Shown here one piece after another: positions 29,878 through 41,800 of a stretch of DNA of 64,000 nt. Made by a program: the position numbers and the translations under genes. The notes beneath the pieces were generated by a model. That model was not told where the DNA came from, did not search any database, and saw nothing but the letters and a program-made list of their open reading frames with translations. Source of the DNA: a virus (lineage: Duplodnaviria > Caudoviricetes); IMG/VR virus record IMGVR_UViG_3300032232_001415, positions 64,001-128,000 of that record; one strand, 5' to 3'. The stretch's first letter is position 1. The number at the start of each line of letters is the position of its first letter.

Positions 29878-32800
29878 TTAATTAATACTAATACCACCCT
29901 CAGTACTTGCTCTTAATTTATCAAACGCATTTTTAACACTATCTCTGACTAAATCTCCTATCGGTCCCTGTAATATATTCTGTAATGCTGATGCTCCATT
30001 AATAACTACTTCTACTTTATGAGTACCTTCTACATTAATTATTGGTGGTAAATTAATTTTTTGTAATTCTGATACAAAATTATTAAATTTATCAGTAAAT
30101 TGGCTCAATCCATCTAGTCCAATATTATTTGGTGCTCCATTATTAGATACACTATTTCCAGTAGTCGCACCACCAGAAACTATCTGTCTTTGATAGTCTT
30201 GTAACGCTTTAGTTGCTACTGTTATAGCATTATTAAAATCTCTAGAAGATTGTGTTAATGTTGTCAATATTTGACCAAATTCAGGAGAATCATTCTTTGT
30301 GGTATTCTGACTATTAGTTAAAGAAGGTGCCATATAACCAAGGTTAGCGTTATAATTTCTCATAGTGTTATATGTTAGTGGATCTCTATCCTGAATAGAA
30401 CTTAGTCTGCTTTGAAGACCACTTGGAAGAGAACGTCCGCTATCTTCATATTTTCTAGCAGAGACAAGGGATCTCATATCTTTATCTTCTCGATATGATC
30501 GTCTTCTTCTTTCCATTTCGTCTTGATATGCTTTTCTCTTTCTTTCTGCTTCTTCTTTGTATACTTCTCCGCCAGTAGCATACGCCCCAGCATTGATGCT
30601 CTTTAATAATGGTAGGTGTTTCTGAGTAGATTCTCTGTTTACTACAAATTCGCCCGGAGTTAACATGGCCGGAACAGTATCTGTGCCTTTTGGTTGATAT
30701 GGAACTAACGTTCCAGCAGAAGCATATACTATGCCTCCTCTCTTATATCCCATAGATTTCATTATTAGTTTTAAGGTATTATCATATAAATTATTAAAAT
30801 CATTAATATTTACTGTGTCGGCATCATTATACATTGCTCTGTCTATATCTTGTTGACTAGATCCTTTAATCAAATCCATAAATTGAACCATATTGGTAAA
30901 TACTTCCATACCGGGCATTTGTGTTTGATATAAGGTGTCGTGGCCAGTACGGCCTCTATGTAATTTTTGAACTAATGACCAACCAGCTTTGTTAGTTAAA
31001 TAATTATTCACATCAGCAGAAATATCAGTTTTCTTGCCGTATCCATCACTAATTTTTCCTTCATACATATCTTGCGTATATCCCATTCCTCCTCTAGTGC
31101 TAATGTCTTGTAGGGCGTGTGCCATTTCATGTTGAACTACTCCTTTTTGTATCTGTTCTTTGTTGAACATCATCCCATTATCTGTTTCTGGCAGACCCCT
31201 TTTTTCAGCACCAGCTCTGCCCATAAATCTTCCACGACCCCACTCAGACTCAGGAAATTCTTTTAAATCAACCCCATAATTTAATGATCCTCCAAAACCA
31301 ATACGGTTTTTATGCTTATTTTCTCCACTTTTAGACTTACTAATCAATTTTTTTGCACCCTCTGGGCTACTAGTATATGGTAGTAGCTTTTGAATGAATT
31401 CTTCTCTCGCAGCTATCATCGTATCAAAATCCGTTACGTTTATTTTAGCATATTGTCCTGCTCCCGCGAAGGTTGATTCCTGTCGATTCGGTCTAGGAGG
31501 CGGAGTATTAACAGCAGGATCACGAGGCCCCATTGTTTCGTGGGGCAAGCTCTCTGTTTTTGGATTTAATCTTTTTACGCCAGCTTCAGGATCCAGAGAT
31601 CCAATTTCTGGATCCAATATATTTTGTTTAGGTCTTAGTGACTTATTTAGTATGTCTGGTAGTTTTCTATTTTGCGGATCTAACTCATTTGCTTGTAATA
31701 GTCCATCTTTGTTGATATCCCAAAATTTAAAAATAACAGAAAGTTCATCTTTGGTTAAATATCCATCTTTTAAGCGAGTTAGATTAGTATCACTATCAAT
31801 CATGAATCCCATAATAAAGTCGGTTTTATCATATCCTTTGAATTCCTCCTTCCTTCTTTGGGTCTGTGTTTGGGCAGACCTGAACACGTTATCAAAAGAT
31901 GCTTGAGTCTTTGACATCCCCTCAGGAGTATATAATTTTTCATCTCTTATTCTTTTTAATGCTTCAATATTGTTTGGAAGTTTTGCATATTCTCCCTTCC
32001 ATCTTCCATCATAACCGGATCCGCGGTCTTTGCCAAATAGGCCCTCGCCACCGCCATTTGGTTTTGGGCCCAAAATATTTACTTTTAACTCACTTATAGC
32101 TTCTCTTCTTTCAGCTATTTCTTTTTTTCTTAGCTCTTTCTCCATTCTTCGTTTTTCTATTCCTTCTCTTTTTGGTCTTTCTGCTTCCCATTTCGCGCGT
32201 TCTCTGATGTCTCTATCAATTTTTTCTCTAAGAGCCATATCATCAGACGAAAGTCCTCCATTTTGTAAATAATTAACCATTCCACCATATTGTTTTGACT
32301 GTGGTGTTAAATGAGGTAAAGGGGGAGGTAATTGTGGAGTATTTCTTCTTCTTGTTTTCTCGGCTTCGCTATCAAATTTATTATTTACCGGAATTTGACT
32401 ATACTGAAAACGCTTGTATTCTTCTATCATATCTAGAGCAAATTTAATTTGCTCATATTCTTCTTTGTCTATCGCAGCATCTTTGCGCTGTTTTTTACCT
32501 TCCAAATAACCAGATGCTCGTAATCTTTGCTGTAGTTCGGACATTGCTCGATTACCTGTAGGAGCTAATTCAGCATTTAATTGTTTTCTTAGTCTATCAA
32601 GCATTGCTGCTTTTTGTTTTTCTTCTTGTACTTTTTCTCCTTGTATTCTTCTGTCATTTAAAGCTTTAGCTCTGGGGCTTTTAAATGGAATATAAGATCC
32701 TTCTTGAGCATAAACAATACCACCCTTATATAATGACATATAATCTTCTGGAAGAGTTATTGGCTTTTCTAAAGTTTTCTGGACTCTTCTGGTAAGATCG

Positions 32801-35800
32801 AATTCTTCTTTATCTAAAGCTTCCATTCGTCGCTTCATATGAGGAGCATCTTTATCAACGTGTCCATTATCAATCATTCTTTGATACTCTGCTCTTCTAG
32901 CTTTATAAATTTCTCTTATTAAATCTAGTGGTCTATCATGAAATTTATCTTGTGAATCTCTGGTAGCAGCATATTCTCTACGTCCTGATGTCATTATGTC
33001 AGACAGTTGTCTACTAGCCAAACTAGTCTTTAAATCTGGAGTTAATTCATCAACAGACAATGTCCTTGATTTTTCGGCAACTTCTGGCGGGAATAAAAAT
33101 TCATGCTGTTTCATTCTGCTATGCTGGGCTAGTGGATCTTTTTTCATTGAAGCATGAGACAGTCTGTATCTTTCTGCTTCTTTTATGGGCATTTCTAACA
33201 TTCTTAGTTGTAAACTCAGCTTGTCTAAATCTGTTAAATCATCTGAATCTTGGGTTTGTGATCTTGATTGAGCATAAAATCTTAATGCTTTTGGAGCTTC
33301 ACTCTCATCCATTGGGAAGAACCATCTTCTTCTGTTCGCTAAAATACCTCCTGGTTGTTCTGATAATGTTTGACTGTACTCTGATGAGCCTTTTTTGTCG
33401 CTTGGATTAGACGCTTCAACTCTCAAGAATCTAACAACTTCATCCAGTTTTGTATGTTGACCAGCGTATGGATACATTTTTTCATATCCTGGCTTAACAC
33501 GCATATTAAGAGATCTAATTTGATCAGCAGTAGAGTATTGTATTGATGGCTCGTCTATATTAGACTGTCTTCTATTTCTTCCTATGGGGGATCCTTTTTG
33601 TCTAAGATTTGATCCAACGGAGGCTAATTGAAGCATATCTTCAGCAACTTGTAATCTTCCATGAAAAGATCCTAATTGTTGACTTTCGTGGAATGGACTA
33701 AGAACCCTGTTTGGTCCTTTACCCTGAGCATGTATCGATGGTATTCCTTGTTTATCTACTACTGTCTTTGTCATAGCATCATACCAACCATTATATTTTC
33801 CACTATTTTTTCCACTATCTAACCATGTTGTATAGTTGGGTGCGAAAGGTCTCTGGTCTTGTTTATTTATAGATGGCGATTCGGTTCCTTCTGTAATCTT
33901 AACATTTTCACTATGATAATATGGTTTTCCGCCTTTTTGTAAATAATTAACCATTCCGCCTTTCTTGAATCCATAAGCTTTCATAACTTTTTTTAACATT
34001 TCTTGAGCCAAAGCATTTTGTCCAAATTTTGGATGATCCATTTTTTCAATCAGGCTAGTAAATAATTCATTTGGCTTAGCCCAAATATCATCAGAACTAT
34101 AATCTTTTTGACCAGAATAAAGATCTGGCCAACCTTTTGGATCATATAGAAAATCTTTAATATCATTTTTTATGACGCCTAACTTTCCTGCTTTGTATTG
34201 TGTTAAAGAATCTGTGCTGCGAAAAGTATGAGCACCACTAGAATGTTGTATAGCATGACCCATCTCATGTTGAACCATAGCTTCTGTGCTATTTCTATCT
34301 TTAAAAGCAAGGTGTGTTCCCCTGGGATCTAAAGTATTTGTTGTAGCTTCACCCATCGCTGTAGGATGACCAATAGCACCTGGACCCCAAGATGTTGATC
34401 TAATTCCAAAGTCTTGTTTTCTAAGAGCTAGTAATCTAGCTACTCCTTTCGGACCACTAGTATATGGCATTAATCTTGAGACGAGATCATTAGCAGATGC
34501 ATGCATTTGATCAGAATTACTAACATCAATTAATTTTCTATTGCCATAAGTTTCGGTATTTTGAGGATCCTGATCATATTTTTGTTCAGAAGGTTGCATA
34601 TCGCCAGGAAGTTGCATACCGCCAGGAAGTTGCATACCGCCAGGAAGTTGACTATTACGACTACCGCCACCAACAGGTCGGTAGTTACCATTGGCTCCTG
34701 GAAGAGTAAACCCTCCATCTTGTAGATAAGCAACTAATCCTCCCAAACTCTTATTTTGCGGTTTCATACCAGCAGCAGCTCTGTCTTTATCATTTGCAAA
34801 ACGACCAAAAGATTTCTTATCAAGAAGCAATGGTCTACCATCTGGTCTAATAATTCTAATATCACCATCAGATGTTACACTATCAAAACGACCCATAATA
34901 GATTCTTCTTCCTTACCATCATTATTTAAGTCCCATTTTTTATCACCATACCAAACTCTTTCGCCAAAAGCCAAGTTCGGCATTTCTCCTCTTCCAACAG
35001 AGCCAGATAAATATGGATACTTTTCTGCTTGTTTTTGTTTCATATCTCTTCCAGCTTTGCCAGATAAATATGGATATTTATCATCAAAATTAGGAGCACT
35101 AACCGGTGGCTTCGGAGCAGGAGTTGGTGACGGTTTTGATGGAGCACTAACCGGTGGCTTCGGAGCAGGAGTTGGCGACGGTTTTGATGGAGCACTAACC
35201 GGTGGCTTCGGAGCAGGAGTTGGCGACGGTTTTGTGTTAGTGCCAGTTGTAGGCGTGGGCGACCCCCCAATACTGCCCCATTTTACAGTATCTCTGATCG
35301 TTAAATCATCCGGCCCTCTGCCAGTTTTGGATAAATCCACCGGCTGAGATCTTCTATCTTTATCTTGTTGTTCTTTGATAGGTTGCTCTTTTAAGAATTT
35401 ATTTCTGGCTTCTATTTGCTGTTTGAGCAACATTAATCTTTGCTTCAAACTTAAGTTTTCTGGATCCGGATAGCGACCAGACAATATTTCATCTAGGGTG
35501 GGACGTCTTCCTTTTAAGAAATCTCCATCTTTATCTCTTGGCATATTATCAGCAGAAGATTCTCCAAAAAATCTTCTTTTTGCATTAATTCTATCTGTCT
35601 GTGCTTTTCTATCTTTTGTATTCCATGGATTATATTCTCCTGGACGCAATGGTCTGTCTTTACCGACACCCTGAACTTCATCAAGAAGTGACGTTACATT
35701 TTTACGAGCATAGGACTCATCATCTTGATGCATCATAGGTAGCCTATCCCATGCTTGGGAATTCATTCTGTCTTTCATTATCTTAGCATATACTGTATCA

Positions 35801-38800
35801 ACACCAATATTATTACCTTTTTTATCTGTTTTAAATAAATCTTGTCCTAAAATAGAGCGGAATGTTTTTTCATACCATGTACTAACCACCGGTGCTGGGC
35901 CGTATGGTTTGGGACGAGGACCACCATACTTGTCCTCCAGATATCCTTGAGTAACAGTAGGCACCTTCAAACCCCATTGAGCATAAACTACTCCACCATT
36001 ATTCAAATGTTTAACATCTCCTCCCTTACTACTATTAATAGCTTTTAATAAAGGAAGATGTTGAGAGGTAGATCGCGCATTAACAACAAATTCTCCGGGT
36101 GTAAGCATCGCGGGAACAGTATCCGTTCCCTTAGGTTCAAAATTAATTAATTTACCCGAACTAGCGTATACTACTCCGCCACTGCTAAAACCACTACTAG
36201 CAGCAACTTTATCTAATGTCTTTTTAGTATCAGATGTTGTTCCATTTATATTTTTTAATAATGGATTAGCATAGTTTTGGTTTTTAATATTATTATCATA
36301 AATTTTACTACTAGTATCTTTACTAGATATACTGTTTATTCTAGTATCAGAAACTAGTTTCTTAACATCTTTTATTTCTTTCAAGGCATTTTGATTATTA
36401 ATATTTTGAGAAAAATCTGATCTAATTTTAGATGATGCTAATCCTCCATCGGCCAAATAATTTACTGATCCACCTTTGTTTTTATTAATAGACTGCAATA
36501 GTGGAAGATTTTCTTTGGTTGCTCGTGCATTAACTACAAATTCTCCAGGAGTAAGCATAGCAGGAACAGTATCCGTGCCTTTTGGTTCAAAATTAATTAA
36601 TCTACCAGAACTAGCATATATCACACCTCCATTACTAAAGTTACCAGCAACCATTCCAGTAACAGTATTTGGAAATAAGAATTGAGCAGTTTGTTGGCTT
36701 ACTCCAAGATTATTTAATCGGGCCGCTGAAGTATTTGCATCTTCTCCTCTTTTAATAAATCCTTTGTCAATCATTCTATTAATTAAATTCATTCTAAGAT
36801 TAGCTTGTTGTGCTCTGGTAAGTGAACTTCCTCTGGCTGCGGCTTTTTCAAAACTAGACATAGTAGCAAGAGACTTTACGGCCAATGCTTGTTGTTGTCT
36901 TTCTAATAATGGTCTTCTTTGAATAGCAATTGCTTTGTCTCTGGGATTAGCAAGCTGTGTTATTTCATCATTACTAAGTTTAAGTATCTTTTTATCTGTT
37001 GCGCTTATTGTTCCTTGCTGAGACATAACATCTGCCCAAGCGCTAAGCTGTCTATCATTAAATGGCATGAATATAGCTTGAGCAGTATCTGCACTCATAT
37101 TGTAGTTTTTTACAAAATATTCAATATTATCCTTAGCCAAACCACCAATATTCCATTTATCCTGTAATCTTCTTAATACATTTTTTCTCCATCCTTCTGC
37201 TCTTCTCGGATCAGTTGGAGGATTCATCCCTGATATACCGGCCACTAATTTAAATCTTTGTAAACTTCTTCTTTCAGCTTGAGAAGCTTCTCTTCTGTCT
37301 CTCATTCTTCTGGCAGACTCTGCTCGCGCTTCATCTTTTTTATCTGCTTCTATTTTAGCTTTTTCATCACTCTTAGCCTTATCATATTCGTCCCATTTTT
37401 GTTTTCTTTCTTCAGGACTAAGATCTTTAAATTTAGCATTAGTATCTACAATCTGAGTATTTACTTCATTTATTTTTCTACCATAATATGTTTCTATCTC
37501 TTTGATTTTTTTTGCATGGTCTGCTCTTTTACGTTCTAATATGATAGCATTATTTTCTTTAGAATATCTACCCTCAGGTTTAATATCTGATCCATATAAT
37601 TCATAATCTGCCATAGTAAGAACGGAACCTTGATCATCCATCTTTCTTTGTAAGCTTGCTCTAGCTTCAGTCATTTGTTGTTGCAGATATGCTCTTTGTC
37701 TTGCAAGCTTATCTACTTCTTCTATTTTTTCTGGTATTATTGGTTTATTTATATATTGATCAGCTTGTTTTGCTACAGCGGATGGAATTCTAACATTATT
37801 ATATGTAGAAACTAAAGAACTTCCCAGATTTAACAAATTTTGTCCAGCATTCTGTATTCCTTCAATTCCTTGATTAATATTTTGTTCTAATCCTGGTCTT
37901 TCATAAGTATTAAACATAAATGTTTCATTTGCTTTGTGAGCTCTTTCTTCTTCTTTTCTTTTTTGCTCACTTTTAATCTCTTGTTCTTTCTGAAGGACAA
38001 TATAATCATTAGTTAGTCTTTCTAACTTAGCATCTTCATCAGTATATCCTGATCCACCTAAATATGGATTTTGATGCACCGGTAATGATCCATTCATGAA
38101 AAGAGAATTTCTTTCTCCATTCTGATTATATATTTCTTCCTTAAAGTTTTTATCAAGATATTTATCAACATAGCCGATTGGATTGTTACTACTTAATGCT
38201 TGATCTATTGTGGATTGAGATAATCCTTGTTCTTGAGCAAATCTTGTAAAGCGGATTTCAAAAGTTAAGGTGTCTGTATCATACTTGCCTATTTCATTTC
38301 TTGCTTTTTCAATATCTCTTTTTACTCTTGCTCGTCTACGTGCCCATCTAATCGCGGTTGTTGTGAATCCTTGTGTCATTTGAAATTCGCGACCACTAGC
38401 TGTACCAATTTCAGCAGATGGTAGTCCATAATTTCTTCTTTCAGTTTCCTGTCTAAGTCTTTCGGCTTCCGCGCTAGCGGAGGCAGCGCCACCAATAGCT
38501 ACTGATGTTCTTCCTACTGCTGCTGGTATTCCTCTTCCTGGTATCCATGTGCTAGGACGAGAAATGCTCATATCTGTACCAAAAACATTTCCAACAATAT
38601 TGGTTCCAATATTTCCTTCTTCCATTTGTTGTCTGGTTTCTTCGTTTTTTGCTCTAATATATGCTGGAGTATCATATACTGCTGATCCTATTTCATAAGC
38701 TGACTGCACACCAATTTCCGTAAGAATCATAGCAGGACCTTGAGGGGCACGTAATGGTGCTGGAGCATTAGGCCATATCACAGATGGCCTAGTTACTGGC

Positions 38801-41800
38801 ATATTAGCAGCTGGTATTGCTGCTCTAAGTCCTTGTCTTCCTCCGCTTCTATAGGCAGTATTTGCCGCTTGTGCTGTTAAACCAGATGCTCTTGATGGTA
38901 AACCAGCTGACTGAGCTGCTGTGACACCAATATCAGAAATTGCACCAATTTCTTCAACAACAATTCCTGCGTTTTCACCAGCCACAGCAGATACTGCTGC
39001 ACCTCCAGCTGTTCTCAAAACATTTCTAGCAACATTACCACTAACTCCTGATGAAGTAGCAGCGCTAAAAGCAGCAGAACCAGCCCTTGCTGCTCTTTGT
39101 CTCGCTGTTGGTTTGGGTTTTCCTGGTTTTGGCTGAGCATCCATATCTGCAAGAGCATCAGCAGCAGCATCAGCTGCTGTTACTGGCTTACTGCTTCCTT
39201 TTTTCAGATAAACTGGTCCACCACTATTTTTATTAATAGCATTTAATAATGGAAGATTATTTTTTGTGGCTCTTGAATTAACAACAAATTCTCCGGGACT
39301 CAACATTGCGGGAACAGTATCAGTTCCTCGTGGTATAAATTTACCAGAACTAGCATATACCATACCGCCGCTAGCTTTATTCATTACATTTCCTGGTCTT
39401 TGTATTCCTAATCCAATTTCTCTTAATTGTTGAGTATTAAAATTAATAGTTGTTTCGCTAATAGCTTTGCGAATAGCCTCTCCAGCAGTTTGAATTAATG
39501 TTATTTGCTGCTCATTTAATGTTCCAGCCAGAGCCTGAGTAGCATCACTCAATGCTGTTTGTTGAACATCTATTAAAGCATTAAGTTGCTTTACTATAGG
39601 ATCTTCACCAGTATCTTTTTCTAAAAGACTCAATGCTTTTGTAACAAATGGATCATTTTGTAATCCATTATTTCTAGCCATACCTCTAATCATATCTGCT
39701 CTTAATTGATTACTTTCCTTGCCCTCAAGACCCATCATCTGAAGCATTTCATTAAATGTAGCAAAAGCTTGTTTATTTTCATTAGAATATGCTTCTTGAG
39801 CAGCAGTCATAGCTTCCTGTTGTGTTCCACCATCTTTAATAATCTTACTATAAGCTTCATTAGCAGCTGCTGATTGTTGAATAGTTCTTATTTGACCATT
39901 TAATGTATTAGTGACTAATTCATATGAATTCCTCATATCCATAAGTTCTTGAGGAGTTCCAGTAACCATTTTTTCCGCAAATCCGACACTAGCTTGTCTT
40001 ACTGTTTCTATTTTTGCAACTCTTTTTTGTATTTCATTCATAGCATCTTCAATACTAGATTGTATGTTAGATGCTATATTTTTTAATCCATCTTTTGTTT
40101 TAGTTATCTGATTATTTAAGTCAGCAATTTGTCTTATAAAAGATTGTAGTTGAGCTTGAACTCTAGGATCAGCTAAGTTTGCACCAGAAGATTCAAAGGA
40201 TCTTTTTTGTTCGCTAACTCTATTTAATTCTTGAGAAGCTATTTTATATGCTGCCATTAAATCAGTTGTATTTAAAGATCCTGTTTTAACACCAGCTTTA
40301 ATTTCTGCTGCCTGAACTCTTGCTGATCCCCTTTCGCTTACTCCTACTTCTTTACCTAGTAATTCTTTTTGACGAATATCTATATTTTTTTGATTGACTA
40401 TATTCTCTGCATATAAATTATTAATTTCGCTTTGTAAAGCTATTGATTTTTCAATTGCGTTAGCATAAATATTTAATCCTTCTTCTACTGCTGTTATGAT
40501 CTTAGTAGTAGATTCCATTAATTGTTTATTAGCTTCTGTTAAATCATTTAGTCCAGTTAACTCATTAATAAACGCATCTAAGTCGAATTCTCCGCCCTCT
40601 TGTTTTTTAGCTCGTTGAGCATCAATAGCTGATGCTATTTGTTTACGCAGATTATCTGTTAATCTATTATCTCCAAAAGATTTAATAAGCTTATCAGTTA
40701 ATGCTCTTTGAATATTTTCAGCAGCTAATTCTGGATCAGTTCCTGCCTGTTGGGCCTGAGCGGCCATACTAGACGCTATGGTTCTAGCATCTCCACCAAA
40801 GGATGCTAATTGTTCAACAAATTTAGCATCAGAACCAAAGAAGCCACTAACTTGACGCATAGCCCCAGATTGTTGATTAGAACTATATGCATTAGGATTG
40901 CTAATTATATTTTTAGCATTGAACGATGTTTTTAAAGAAACCGTTCCATTAGCGATATCTTCTAATCTTGAACTAACATTTTGCAAAGAAACAGAAGTTT
41001 TTGCAACAGCAGAGTCCATATTTGCAAATGTACGACTAATAGAAACGGTTGACATATTAATAGCTTTTGCTAGCTTTGATGAAGCTTTAGCTCTTTCAGC
41101 ATCTGCTGCTGCTATTTGTAGTCCCGCCGTTTCTTGCTTAAAGTATGTTTCTATAAGTGCTTTTTGTTCATTTCTGATTTCTTCCTTTGTAGCATCATCA
41201 GTATATTTATCTGCTAATGCTCTTTCTAGTTTAGCATTTTTTGCCTGAAATTCAGCACTACCTTCTGCTATCTGTTTTTTAACCGCATCTTGATTTGGAC
41301 CTAAAGAACCCATGGCTGCTCCAAACCCTTTTCCGCTATATGCTGTAACTTGGTTACTCAATAATTTAATTGCAGCATCTGCACCCGCCCTATTTGTTGC
41401 TGCTCTTTCTTGACCAAGTTCAGTATCATTTTGTTTTGTAGTATTAAACATATATCCGGCAGTTATATAATTACCGAATTTTTGCAATACTCCTGGTTGT
41501 TTAAGTTGATCATTTTTAGTTTGAATTTTACCTTCTTCTTCTGATATTGTTTTTATTCCTTGTAATACAGAGTTAGTTGCTGCTGTATCTTTTGCATTTC
41601 TTGATAGTCTTTCAAAATTTTTGTCAATACCAGCACTAGTATTTTCTATTTTCTTTTCACTTAATTCTTTTTCTGCTTGAGCTACTCCTTTATTATATCC
41701 TTCAACAGCTAAAACTGTTCCTGCTATAGCTCCAACTAAAGCACCGTATGGACCAAATTGAGAACCTATGGAAACTGCTGTACCAAAAGCTGTTCCGCCA

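Noticed and set aside
35093-35234. 48-nt repeats as a CRISPR array
   Set aside because: The repeats are directly tandem with no unique spacers, are in frame, and encode a Pro-rich linker.
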